NCBI GenBank assembly: GCA_951406725.2 | Contig: OX597836.1 | Coordinates: 2,728,001-2,792,000, forward strand | Direction: 5' to 3' | Source of the DNA: Octopus vulgaris | Lineage: Eukaryota | Length of the DNA: 64,000 nt | In this document: piece after piece, positions 29,680 through 43,765 of the stretch | Layout: each line of letters begins with the position of its first letter | Numbering within the stretch: the stretch's first letter is position 1 | Notes under the pieces: generated by a model | Seen by the model: the letters and a program-made list of their open reading frames with translations, nothing else | Databases searched by the model: none | Told to the model about the DNA's origin: nothing | Translations under genes and position numbers: made by a program

Positions 29680-30039
29680 CACGTATATATATACACACAC
29701 ACATACACACACAAACATATATATATACATACAAACTTACTTTGCAGCATATGCACACGCATAACTGCATGCTCACATACATGCACATAATGTGTATTAT
29801 ATCGCGTTGGTCATTACACCAATGATGACACACACGCTGGCTCTATTTTACTTCAGTTATTCTTTTTATTAAATTCAGTAAAAATGAAATAATTCAACCA
29901 TTGCTTGTTTCATCATTCGTTGCATCAATCCCAAATACTTGTGAAAGTTACTTCACCGACATTCGTGACCTGTGTGTCATGCCTCCGACTAATCTAGACC
30001 TGCTTCATATCTCTCTGCCTGTTTCCTACTCTAACATTT

Positions 30040-30650
30040 CCATAGCTATTTTTATGGCGTGAGTTTGAGTTTTGTTTCGGCCATTCTGGTTTGCAGAACA
30101 GATTCAACGCAGAGTAAACTAAAATCTTCATGTTAGTTAAAATAAAATGCCTTGCCACTTTTGTTCCCGACATTTGGTGTTTGAGTAAAAATCTTGTTGT
30201 GATGAAATTTTTCATTCATATTTCTGCCATTAAGAGAGAAAAATGTTATATTAGCAAAATATTACCGACGATTATAATCGACTGACAACATATCTCAAAT
30301 TCCAGGCCTAAGATTACAGTGAAATAAGTAACGAAGAGCTATTCAAGGCAGAAATAGGCTTCACGTAATTGTTATGGATTTGATGTTTTGTTAATAATTT
30401 TGCGTCAGATTTTTTTGTTTCTTTTGCTGTTGTCAGTAATGAGAGGGACATTGGGGGTTGGGTTTGGGGAAGAAAGATGCAACTAGTATCGTAATCACTG
30501 CTGGTACAGTTCCACGTTTTTCTAATGTTGTTGTTGCAGCTGGTATATTTGTCTGGGTGTTGTTCCACTGGGGGTAGGATCGCTATACTTTAAGCGGAAG
30601 CTTTATTTATCTGTTGGTGCTGGAATTCCAATATCAGGCCCGAAGTTATT
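30040..30650 (-). pseudogene. Possible second decayed Naiad-like PLE 3' region
   Basis: RKTWNC (cf. KTCNC) and terminal NSRHKN (cf. CRHKN) on the minus strand. Confidence 0.3.
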
Positions 30651-30905
30651 TATTGGATCGAGTGTCAGCTCGGCATTTTAGAATTCATCAAAATCAGTGT
30701 TTTTGACCCAGTCTGAACCCCTTCCTCTAAGTGCAGATATACCGCCATCGAGGCGGTTTTCTACCAACATACGTTTTGTTTGCGTGCATATATATATATG
30801 TATGTATTTATGTGTGTATATATGTAAACATATGTATGTATGTATGTGCGTGTATATTTATATAGATATATAGATAGATAGATAGATAGATAGATATGGA
30901 CAGCT

Positions 30906-30963
<58 letters not shown>

Positions 30964-31554
30964 CAGCATACTATCCTCATACAAATATACATATATGTGC
31001 ATATATGTGTATATGCGTATGTATGTATGTAAGGATGACTGGCTGGCTGGATTGATGTATTCTTATTTCTAAGCATACCAGACGACAGTTACAAATGTAG
31101 GTCTCTACTGAGTAAATTGACCTGGTTTGCCCTTCCCTCAAAATGACATCGTAAAAGAAAGAGACTTTTGCATGAAAAGAAACCAATAATCAAGTAACGG
31201 ATTAAAAGTTATAAGAATAAGGAAAGAGGACGAGGAATGTAATCGATAAAAAATGGCGAAATTGAAAGACAGAGAACCAAATAATGTGTTAAAAACGTAA
31301 TCTCGTAGTGTACGGCTTTAAATAACGCTATCTTGCAATTAATTAAAATTCGTTTTTCATCAGGATTGTGTAATTTACAATACAATAAGATGAAACTTGA
31401 CAATCATATATTGACAACAAACAAAAAAGACGGAATCCTTTAAGAATGTTCTATATGGGAGAAAATGCATTAATTAGTATTAATTAATTCCGTCTAGTAA
31501 TTGTTTCACACTCATAACAATTAATAAGCAACACTCTACATTAGAATATGGATG

Positions 31555-31976
31555 TTGCACACTTCCGCTCTTACCGGAAGAGAAGAGGTATAATAGAAAT
31601 TTTTTAAGCTTATCGCTCTTCCTTCAGGGTGATTAGTATCAGATAACTCCCTCTCTTTTAAACGGAATGGTGCAGTGCATCTAATCTAGAAAATCCAGTG
31701 GACCAATTACCTTGAGAGAGTCTTGCTAGCGCGTGTCAGAAATTGAAGACCTTTCCAAGTGTTTTACAAGTAGAATTTAGCTCCCTCCGAATATTCGCTG
31801 ATCATCACTGTTAAGATCACCATGTCGCTCACATATGTTTGTGATGCATGTGCCTGGTGTACCCTTATCTGACGAGTAGTCATGAAGGGTGTGCTGAGCT
31901 TCGTATATTCTACCCCAGTGTGTCTTTGATGGCATGGACTCCTCTTTCACTGAATACTAATAACGACGACGACAGC

Positions 31977-32011
<35 letters not shown>

Positions 32012-32035
32012 GGATGATAATGATGATTATGATGA
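31555..32035 (+). mobile_element. Retroposon 3' end with stem-loop and (AAT/GAT)n tail
   Basis: accctt-atctgac-gagta-gtcatga-agggt hairpin (31861-31890) followed by a simple-repeat tail. Confidence 0.45.
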
Positions 32036-33192
32036 TTTAATTTATTTAATCAATCCAATGGTTTTTGATATATTTTGTTCACGGACACACAAACAATCAA
32101 ACACGACTGAAAACAACACCTCCGTCTTAGCGAAGCCAGAGTTAGTTAGCTTTCCACCACAGGCACAAGGCCCGAAATTTGGTAGGGGAGGAGAAGGAAA
32201 TTACATGATGTATATATAATTGTATATTGTTTCTTCTTTAGAATTATATAAAATATCCGAAAATAGAAGTAAATACGAGACTTTAAAATAAGAGTGTGTG
32301 TGCATATGAGTGTGTATGTATGAGAGAAAGAGAGAGAGAGAGAGAGTAGTTGTGTGTATGTCTGCTCAGGTGTGTGAGTTCATGCGCTGGTATGTACTCC
32401 GTTTGCATGAGTGTGTAGGCCTGTGTTTATGAAGATATATAAGATACGTATAGAATAATTATTAAAGTTTATATTCATGTTGGTGTATACACGTGGAAAT
32501 ACAATACATGGAATACATGCCAATGTGTGTGTATAAATATATGTATACAAGGCTCGATAGCTGTATAACGCGCATGTCAGTGAATATCTATATATGTATA
32601 ACAATATTGTTTTTTTTTCCCTCTTTATCGCACTAAGCATATATTAATATTGCTTTATCCTCAATATTTACATTGTTACTGTTTTTCTAGTTGTTGTTGT
32701 ATTTATCATTATTGTTAGATGTAGCTGTGTTCTTTTCTTCATGATGTTGTTCTTCTGATTGTTGTTGCTATGCTTACTGTTATTCCAGCATACAACACCT
32801 GTTTATCTCCATTAAAGATAACGCGTTTGTATACGAAAAGTAAAGCGAGTTTTCAAATCGTTTTATCACGTTCTTTTTTGCTTATTATTTCAACGCATTC
32901 CTTAATATTTTATATATTCTTCAAAGATTTTTTTCCAGGTTTTCTTTTCTTCCTTTCTTGTGTTTGTGATACTCTATTTGCCTCTCCTCGTGACTGTAAA
33001 TAGTAAATCTGAAGACTTAGGGAAAGACATATAAAAACAGAGTGCAGAACGATATCATATAGAAAAAATACAGAGTCAACAAAAGCTTAGAAGATAATAT
33101 GGTAATATATTGCGATGAAGAGGAATATGTACATTCCATTGCAATATATAGATGCCTACACACATGCATATATATGTATATATATATATATG

Positions 33193-33274
33193 TACTGAAA
33201 TAGAAAGAGAGAGATACATACTTGTGTCTATATATATATACACAAGTATGTGTCTCTCTCTTTCTATTTCAGTA
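33193..33274. repeat. 35-bp-arm palindrome centred on (TA)n
   Basis: 33193-33227 vs 33240-33274, 1 mismatch. Confidence 0.9.
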
Positions 33275-33354
33275 TATATAATATATATATACTTATAGTT
33301 AAGTGTGCGTGTAAATATATGTGTGACGTAAATTGTGTTTAAGGGAGTTATTTC

Positions 33355-33526
33355 TGGTTGTGGGGAAAGAGTACAGCATGTTTCGCCACCGCCCCCTGCC
33401 GGAGCCTCAAGGGAGCCTTAGGTGTTTTCGCTCAATAAACCCTCACAACACCCGGTCTGGGAATCGAAACCGCGATCCCATGACCACGAGTCCGCTGCCC
33501 TAACCACTGGGCCATTGCACCTCCAC
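33355..33526 (-). mobile_element. SINE family D 5' head
   Basis: Minus strand: gtggaggtgcaatggcccagtggttagggcagcggactc...ggtttcgattccc (A/B boxes); tgctgtactctttc shared with 63268-63512. Confidence 0.85.
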
Positions 33527-33890
33527 AAGCGTGGACTATAAATAGTTTAATAAATAACGAGATATTTAAACGCTCAAATATGCACGTTTATCTATCTATC
33601 ATTCTACCAGTTCAGAACCTGACTGCATTTCATTACAGCTCAATTTATATGTAATCGATTGGGGAAGGAGATGGGTGCGCCTTCTCTCAGGGGAGATGAA
33701 CTAATCGTGAAACATTCCATCAAGAGATCGCCACCTCTTCAGCTGCCCATCGAAAGCATGGAAACTGTATTAACTTCATTTATCTTCTCGTGAATTTCTA
33801 TCACAGAGAAACGATTTCTAATATTTAGAATATATTTCATATACACGCGCACATGCACACAAGGGCTCACATATGTGCTACTGTATGCGT

Positions 33891-33943
<53 letters not shown>

Positions 33944-34038
33944 TACTTACATTTACTTTCTTATGCATGTCCTTATACTAACATTCATACATTTGTGTGT
34001 GTGTATATATATGTGTATGTATATATATATATATACAT

Positions 34039-34101
<63 letters not shown>

Positions 34102-35717
34102 CATACACACACACATATATGCATATATACATACGCGCACACACAGTGATAAATATCTCTCTACACTAAACGAAATGACATGATCTAGTGAAACTTTCAT
34201 CTGTTTAAAGCAGAGAGAAACTCGTTTTATCTCATATATAATATCCATAGTAGCTTCTACGCTGATATGTTGCGGTAGATCAGAAAATTTGAAATGTCGA
34301 TAAAGAGTGATTGGCCTGCTTTTATGAGGCTCATATAACGAAACCTGTCATTTATATCGCACAGTTTTCAAAAGCATTTCGCGCAACTGTTAATAGAGCC
34401 ACACCATTATCTTAACTTTACGACTTACAGCTTTCATCTTAAATCAACGACAGATGTTGTCAAAGGCTAAGGGAGAGGGCCGAGAACCAATGCCTCTTAG
34501 GCAAACGCTCGTGCTGGTAGAAATATCACATCTCGCTGAAAACTTACACACTTTTGCCTTGAAAAGGGAAAGAAATATATGCATCTAGGATTACATTGTG
34601 CTGATGTAAAAATCGTGGTGTTCTAGGTTGAAAAACTCTTCCTGGAGTGTCTGTTTAAGTCCTAGAATGAAATAACACCATGAGTATCAGTAATAGAAAA
34701 TAATGTTCGTGTGTTAGATAAGGCGACTTTAAATGCAATGTCTTTAAAAAGTAACATCGAGATGGTCACGAATGGAATGCCTTTACACTTAGATTATCTG
34801 AGTGTACGCAGGACAAAAAGCAACAGGTTACGTCAAAATGGAACCCTGTGCTGAGGCAAAACCTGCTGAGAAATATCGATCGCATCCATGTTTAATCGCT
34901 CTATTGATGACAAGATATTACACAATGCATGATATCTACTGATTAATGAAGAAAATTACGGAAACTTTCGTTAAAATAATAATAGATACTTTGTCTACAA
35001 CTACGAATAAAACCCAAGCTTAATTATGCATTACAGTGCTTTATGAGCTAATCTGGCTTAAATTACAATCATAACAATAATTTACTCTAGGGAGTCTTAT
35101 ATATTTGTCTCTATAATTTTCATCCGTCGCAGTGCCTTACCGGTTTCTATCGAGCAACTGACTAGAAGTATTTTCGGTCATTAACGATGGTGATGTTGCT
35201 GCAGAGAACAAGATGAAGAGTTGGAGAAGTAACATAAAGATCAAAAGAAATACTGGGTTCGCATTTAAAAAAATCTTCTCCCAGCTTTTGGTTGAGTTCG
35301 ATTGGATTGCCTTTATTCTGTCCGCTGCAGGACGAAGGCCTCAACATGTCCTCCCCGCCAACCACATTTTGATGTTTTTGTTTTGAATTTGATTTCGAGT
35401 CCGTAATCTTTCGCTGAGCCTACTCTGCCATACTGGAAGAAGTGGAGAAGTTTTAATAGTCTCACCTAAAATTTATTATGTCGACTTTATTGATCCCATT
35501 GCTAAACTAATTTTTATTTTATCGACCTTCAATGTATTAAAGGCAGACTTTCAGCATATAAATTAGTTTTACTTCGGGTGAGCTTGCAATCATATGTTAT
35601 CCCTAAACACATGAAAACAAAGCAACGATATTTTACCTGAAACGTTTAAAGAATAATTCATAGAAAAATAATTAAAATTGGTGAAGATATTCCACATTAA
35701 TCAACAAGACAAATATC

Positions 35718-36175
35718 TATTTCTACTCTAGATACAAAGTCCGAAATATTTGTGGAGGGGGCCAGTCGATTAGATCGACCTCAATACGCAACGGGTACTT
35801 AATGTAACGATCCTGAAAGGATGAAAGGCAAAATTGATCTCGGCGGAGTTTGAACTCAGAACAGAGGGTCGGGAGAAATACCTATTTCTTTATTACCCAC
35901 AAGGGGCTAAACATAGAGGGAACAAACAATGACAGACATAGGTATTAAGTCGATTACATCGACCCCAGTTCGTAACTGGTACTTAATTTATCGACCCCGA
36001 AAGGATGAAAGGCAAAGTCGACCTCGGCGGAATTTGAACTCACAACGTAACGCAGACGAAATACCGCTAAGCATTTCGCCCGGCGTGCTAACGTTTCTGC
36101 CAGCTCGCCTATTTCGGGAGAAATACCGCTACGTATTACGTCCAGCGCACTAACGACTCTGCCAGTTCGCCGCAT
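35718..36175 (-). mobile_element. Young SINE A (35883-36113) nested in the head of an older SINE A
   Basis: 14-bp TSD TCGGGAGAAATACC at 35869-35882 and 36114-36127. Confidence 0.9.
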
Positions 36176-37084
36176 TTTACAAGACAAATATAAAAAAACA
36201 AAACATACTCGAGCACTGCGTAAAATTATACGAAAATAAATATGGTATGTTTCTGCTTTTGAGATAGATAATGTTTTTGCAAATTGATCTTTGTCACTCA
36301 TCCTCAGGGAAAGAGACAATGGTAATTAGCAGATAATATCTCTCGCAAAACAGAACAGATTCTAATTAACTAACGAAGCGAGCAACAATATCAGGAAAGG
36401 CATCGGACGAAATGACCGAAAATAGCGAAGATATTTTCGTTCAGTTATCTCAAAGATTTGAGGATGCCACGTTATGGATGTGGTGATGTTTTGCAGAGAC
36501 AATTTGTAGTGAAAACAGAAAAGCTGTTGAACGACAATTTGATAAAGCACTCAGAGATATTTGTAGAGCAAAATGCATCTTATAAAGTTTAATCTCAGAC
36601 ATTTATGTTTTTATAGTTAAATGCGAGCGTAGACACAAACACACATACACATATCATTGACATATATACATACTTTACATATATACAATATATTTATATT
36701 GGTACGTTCATACGCGTACACACACACTCTCTTTGTACACACACACACACGCGCGCACACATACATATGCATATAAATGTGTATATATTTATTTGCTTAC
36801 TGGAGTATGTTTGCGTATATCTATCTATTTATCTATCTAACTATCTATCTATCTATCTATATATATATACTGAATTTATAAGTGTATGTGTGTGTTTCTA
36901 CGTGTATGTATATACATCCATCTTTCTATGTCCACACACCTAACACACCTCGTTTCTCTCTCTTTCCTTCAGTCTGCCTCTCTCTTTCTCCCTCTCTTCT
37001 ACATACATATAAATATAAGTAGACGTACGTACATAGATATATATCTATATCTATATCTATCTATATATATATATATATATATAT

Positions 37085-37456
37085 CAACAATTGAGGGTTA
37101 AAATTAATTAATCAATTTCACCAAGTGTTCAGTATGTAAAAGGACCATTTAAGGCGAATTCAAAATTTTACATTATATAATTAGGGCTTAGTAAAATAAA
37201 TTACTTTGCCACATACTGAACTTAGTAGAAATAGCAGCCAAAAAAAAATTTTCTTAGCATTTCTACTACTTAAAGAAAATTTCTCTCAGATAATGTTTAC
37301 TCCAGACAGCCCACGAAGGTTTGGAGGTAAACATTATCTGAGAGAAATTTTCTTTAAGTAGTAGAAATGCTAAGAAAATTTTTTTTTGGCTGCTATTTCT
37401 ACTAAGTTCAGTATGTGGCAAAGTAATTTATTTTACTAAGCCCTAATTATATAATG

Positions 37457-37457
<1 letters not shown>
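37085..37457. mobile_element. Fold-back insert A in (TA)n: 85-bp unique tail plus 131-bp perfect inverted repeat
   Basis: Arms 37170-37300 and 37327-37457 identical by inspection, 26-nt spacer; (TA)n on both sides. Confidence 0.85.
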
Positions 37458-37505
<48 letters not shown>

Positions 37506-37714
37506 AACACACACACACACCTTGAAAAATAGCTTAAACTTTCCATGCCGAAACCGTTGTACTACAGTGGACAAATTTTGATATCTTCGCATCTGAAGTA
37601 GCTGGAGATACGGTATTTTGACCAAAAGAATCGGCTATTGCAAACAAAAATAAATATTGAAACAAAGGTAATTGGCCAAATTTGGATATACGACAGTTTA
37701 ACATAATTGCAACG

Positions 37715-37813
<99 letters not shown>

Positions 37814-38674
37814 TATACATATATATACATACCTACATACACACACTGAGAGAGTTTTCTGAAATAGTATGAAAGGTGGTTCATAAGAAATAATGGTAAT
37901 AGTATTATACACAGTGAGACAGAGCGATGTGAGATTTAAGAAGCGAAGGGAAAAATTGGAAAGTAATGCGGAAGTGTTGTTTAGTAAAATGGAAAGTGTC
38001 ACGCGGAGTCGGTTATAGTGATGGTATTTGTAGTGGTGGTCGTGATGGTGGTGGTGTAGGTAGCGGTGGCGAATGAATGTGTAGGTGGCAGTAAATTGAA
38101 TGGGTGATGGCACTAATGTATCTATTATTCAATTAGATTTCCACAGAATCTGTTTCGTTAACACTCTCCTTCTCTGTAACATTTGTTGTTGATGACACGG
38201 TGTGTGAAGACATTTCGTGTGATTCAGAGTTTTCTCTGATTTGGAGTGCTTTTTTTTTTCGTGGTGGTCATTAATTTTATCTTCATTTTTCATCATTATA
38301 TTTGTTTGTTTGTTTTGATTAGCTTGCACATTTTTTTTATAGTTCTATTTTGTTTTTCTCTTTGCTTATTGGCCGCCATTATTTAAGTTGTGCTTCACCG
38401 TTGCACACGACTGCGACATTAATAAATAAAATGGACGTTATCGCGAGACAATTTGTTATTGGCATCACGCTGGATATATCAAAATCATAGTACAAGAGAA
38501 ATACAAAAAAAACCCCACAAATGAACACATCACACACACGTGCCTATATATACATATATATATGTGTGTGTGTATGTGTGTGAGTGGGTGGGTGTGGGTG
38601 TATGCATGGATATATACATAAATGTATGGAAACATATGTATATATATATATATATATGTATGTATACATATGTT

Positions 38675-38705
<31 letters not shown>

Positions 38706-39116
38706 ATGTAGGGATATATATGCATACATAAGTATATATATATATATACACGAATATACATATATACTTGTATAGAGACACACACAAACACTCACACAAA
38801 CACATATATGTATGTATGTATCTATGTATGTATGTATCTATGTATGTATGTATATATCCTCGTCAGTCGTCTTTGTACTTAGTCATAAATCACACTCTGT
38901 GTTGCTTTTCTGTGTTTGCTGACGATTCTGAATTCTAGGCATAAAATTTATTTTTAAGGGTACCGCCAATATGGGAAGCCCTTAGGGTTATCATTAATCC
39001 TGCAAAACTGAATATTACCAATTGGTTGATATCTGTTGAAGAATTTGTAACCCTCTGTTTCTGTTGTTCACAGAATATAAATTACGTCGTTTCTTTATTT
39101 ACCATACAATTTTCCT

Positions 39117-39157
<41 letters not shown>

Positions 39158-39252
39158 CCTTAACTTTTTGAAAAACTCTTCCTCTATATATTATAGCTGC
39201 ATCAAGTCATTTCCTATAACTATCTATCTATCTATCGACCGATCTACACACA

Positions 39253-39325
<73 letters not shown>

Positions 39326-39326
<1 letters not shown>

Positions 39327-39522
39327 GGGGGGAGTTCACGAAAAAAACAAAAGACGAAGACAGGTGGTGTACAAAACAAACTGATGTTTTAGTATAACGC
39401 TCAGGAATATAAAAAGTTTTTTACGTTTCGAGCCTACGCTCTTCTACTATTGATAGGGACACAGAAAAAAACAAGGAGAGAAAAAATGTGTGTAGTGGCT
39501 ACCGATCTATCATGGCGACTCC
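39326..39522 (-). mobile_element. PLE pLTR-like insert in (TA)n with degenerate hammerhead
   Basis: Minus strand GAAGAGC-GUAG-GCUC-GAAACGUA at 39422-39447; layout resembles 52641-52825. Confidence 0.6.
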
Positions 39523-39889
39523 TATATATATATATATATATATCAGTTACGAACTGATTTCTTCAGTCTGACACAAACTGTTAGGTGTGAATACTGAGTG
39601 CTCAAATTGATATGTCACTAATATTCCAGTTTGAACTGCAGTCGAAGTTGTGAATTTGCGACTACTTTTCCAAAGCGGCTAGAAATGGCTTCGCCTGGAA
39701 TCGATAGGTATAGGTTAAAGTAGGAAACTAAAGGTAAACAGATGGCAAACAGTTTGGCAAAACTTGACAAGATTGTTTAATTTATCTATGTAATAAAACG
39801 CTTGAGAACCAGTACTGATATGTTTACGATTGTGCAACTTAGTTGTTCGGCAAATAACATCACTACCATATGTACCACACTCAAGAAAT

Positions 39890-40290
39890 TATTTGTTTCT
39901 TTATTGCTCACAGGGGGTTAAACATAGCGAGGACCAACAAAGGGATTAAGTCGATTATATCGACCCCAGTGCGTAACTGGTACTTATTTAATCGACCCCG
40001 AAAGGATGAAAGGCAAAGTCGACCTCGGCGGAACATGAACTCAGAACGTAACGACAACTGAAATACCTATTTCTTTACTACCCACAAGGGGCTAAACACA
40101 AAGAGGACAAACAAGGACAGACAAAGGGATTAAGTCGATTATATCGACCCCAGTGCGTAACTGGTACTTATTTAATCGACCCCGAAAGCATGAAAAGCTA
40201 AGTCGACCTCGGCGGAATTTGAACTCAGAATGTAACGGCAGACGAAATACCGCTAAGCATTTCGGCCGGAGTGTTAACTTTTCTGGCAGC
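39890..40290 (-). mobile_element. SINE family A tandem dimer
   Basis: Two bodies joined at gaaatacctatttcttt (~40060-40076). Confidence 0.9.
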
Positions 40291-40716
40291 CTAAAATTCT
40301 TCAAGGCGAGGGCCTCATCATGACCGCAATCTAATGACGGACACAAATGAATGGGGAATGATACACTCATACAAACTCCTACATAAAAATACATAAATGT
40401 AGAAAACCAGTAAATAAATAGTATATGTTTGTGAGTTTTCGTGTGTGTGTGTGTGTGTGTGTGATCCTGTGAATACGTAGTATTTTTATTTGTAGGCTAT
40501 GGTCTTATGCGACTTAAAAATGCCATGTACAAAGTAATGCAGACATTTAATGATGTCTGAATAGCATTTATTTCCAATAGTGTATTATTCCCGAAATTTT
40601 GTTTATAATATGAATGTGCGTAACAGTGAAGTTTAGAAGCTTACAGATCTAATAATAATTATTTTTATTTGAAAAACTACAAGAATAATATTTACCTATA
40701 CCTACCTACCTCCATG

Positions 40717-40775
<59 letters not shown>

Positions 40776-40856
40776 TTATAATTATATACATATATGTATA
40801 AGCTGATAAATGCATACAGGCATTTGTATAAATATACATATGTCTTAGTGTGTGTG

Positions 40857-40892
<36 letters not shown>

Positions 40893-40985
40893 GTGTATAT
40901 ATATATATATGTATATATATATACCTATATATACTTATAGATATATATATATATACATATATATATATATGTATGTATGTACGTA

Positions 40986-41023
<38 letters not shown>

Positions 41024-41695
41024 TATATACGTGTACATGTATCTAATATTTAGACATAATTGTGACTATAAACATATATATAAGAATGTATCGATATATT
41101 CAGACATACGTATGTACAATTACACACATACGTACAGTCATGAGCAAACTTCTGTTCTGTGTTTTTGTGTGTGTGTGTGTGTATTTGTTTCCGTTTAAAT
41201 CATTAAAATTGAAGCAGATCAATCGTAAGCTTTGTTAACATCGCCGTGTGTCTATAATAATTAAATAAGATGATTTCGATAGCCAGGAAACATTTAGTTA
41301 TGAGAAAATAATTAAGTTTAGTCATATATATTAAGACACACACATATGTACGAAATTACATTTACGTCTATGAAGGTGGTCAATGGCTCCGTTGCCACTC
41401 GTAACATCTCGCGAGATGCGATCGTTCGAGCAGCTATAAAAATGTTCCACCTCAAAGATTGCATTGATGTAGAAATACTGAATATCACCAGCGTGAATCA
41501 CCTGTTTGGTGCTAATTGAGAAAACCATATAGGCATGGAGGTATACGTGCACATTTGCGTGTGTATATGAATACATATATAGATCTATAGGAACTTAGGT
41601 ATGTAAGTAATCGTGAGTAGGTGTGTCTGAGCAATAACCATGTTATGTGCGTGTGTGTACATGCAACGTATATATATATATATACATATCTATAT

Positions 41696-41746
<51 letters not shown>

Positions 41747-41775
41747 TATACATATAGAAAAGAATGGAGCTGGGC

Positions 41776-41883
<108 letters not shown>

Positions 41884-42637
41884 AATATATGTATATATAT
41901 GTATATATATGTATATATATACATATATATTTATATTTGTATTTATTGTTATATATATATATGTATGTGTATATTCAGTATTCATACATACACACACACT
42001 TATATATAAATTTGTGTATGCAGCATACACGTGACCGTAAATCTGCACGTATGAATATATATATTAATGACATTAATATTGATAGCGTACAGAGAAATAC
42101 CGGCAACATTAACTTCTTGTATAATGCAAAATTTAATTAAAGATACAGCCCGTTCTTGCCTACACCACTTTCTGTCATTACATGATAAATAATTATTGAA
42201 TATTAGAAATTGTGACTATGCATATCACATATGTAGCTTTGATTTTTCCGGTTATTGTGCATCCTACTTTTTTGGTTTTTACGAAAAACACATTACTCTC
42301 AGCTACTATAAATTACATCTAAATAAATATATGACCTCCTAAACTCCTCGGATGATTGCTATGGTTATACATAAAGAATTGAGATCGTAATATCTGATCT
42401 GTAATGGAAATGTTTATTTTCATATATATGTGTATAGTGAGTGTGCTACCGTTCGTATACTTATATATTTCACTCCATGCATAATGAAAGTTAATTTTGA
42501 AATATGCAACACCATTGCTCTGTAAAGATTTATATATATATATATGCAGAGCACTCTCTCTCTCTCACTTACATACACACGCATAAACATATGCATAGTG
42601 TGAGTGTGAGAAATATATACATACATACATACATAGG

Positions 42638-42674
<37 letters not shown>

Positions 42675-42675
<1 letters not shown>

Positions 42676-43164
42676 ACAGGAGTAGCTCTGTGATAAAAAC
42701 CTTGGTTCACAACCACGTGGTTCCGTGTTCACTTCCATTGCGTGTCTCCTTGGGCAAGTGTATTCTACTATAGCCAAACCCTTGTGAGTGGACTTGGAAG
42801 ACGGAAACTAAAAGAAGTTCGTCTTATACATATATATATATAATTAATCAATATAGGGTGGCAAAATAATTTTGTAGAATCTTATTGCCACCAGCGGCCT
42901 AGTGGGAAAAAATTAAATAGTCATAAACCATTTTTAAGTTCAACATCACAATCAAGGAACGGCCATAATAGGCCATTCACCCACTAGAAATAACAGCCAA
43001 AAGCTTCAACCGCAAAATAACATCAATTCCGTAAACCAGGAGAAAATTAAAAAAACATTTACCCTGTAAATTGATACGGAATTGATGTTATTTTGCGGTT
43101 GAAGCTTTTGGCTGTTATTTCTAGTGGGTGAATGGCCTATTATGGCCGTTCCTTGATTGTGATG

Positions 43165-43208
<44 letters not shown>

Positions 43209-43305
43209 ATATCCATATACGTATGTATTTGTGTCTCTTTGTTTCTGCCTCTATCGTTTAACAACCGGTGAATGGTGTGTTTAGGTCACTTAGCTCTTAC
43301 CCGTG
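42675..43305 (+). mobile_element. SINE family B copy interrupted in its internal (TA)n by fold-back insert B
   Basis: Head 42675-42825; body resumes ~43225 (tgtgtctctttgtttctg...acaaccggtgaatggtgtgttta). Confidence 0.75.
42843..43165. mobile_element. Fold-back insert B in (TA)n: ~100-bp unique tail plus 91-bp perfect inverted repeat
   Basis: Arms 42943-43033 and 43075-43165, 41-nt spacer. Confidence 0.85.
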
Positions 43306-43720
43306 TATGTATATGTGTCTGTGTATGCGCGGGTATTTCCATCTACATCTAAATGCCAATCATTCTACTTTTTATATGTTTTCACATGTATGTGTACAAA
43401 CTTGTGCCTGCGTGCCCCTGTGTATTTGTGTGTATGATTGTGTTTGTGTGTGTGTGTGAAAATGCACAGAAAATTTTCGTTAGTTGTTACTTGTTATATA
43501 TTTGCTGACTAAACAATACAACAGGTAAGCTATTTGAAAAATATGGATTATCCACCGGACACATTAATGGCAATTTCAAATTCATTCCAGAATAATCGAG
43601 GGAAATATAGTTTCTGATTAACTATGAATCCACTGGACTTTCATCTGTAACCAGTTTGATAAGTGCCAACGCACGAAACACTTGGGCATTGAGTTACTCT
43701 GTTGTTTCTGCTCAATATTG

Positions 43721-43761
<41 letters not shown>

Positions 43762-43765
43762 TATG

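Noticed and set aside
31861-31890. CTGACGA...GAA hammerhead-like string
   Set aside because: No stem II or GAAA/stem III geometry; it folds as a simple 3' stem-loop
38129-38470. Coding-like minus-strand stretch (…ENSESHEMSSHTVSSTTNVTEKESVNETDSVEI*)
   Set aside because: Frames are interrupted by stops after the candidate acceptor; the composition is low-complexity
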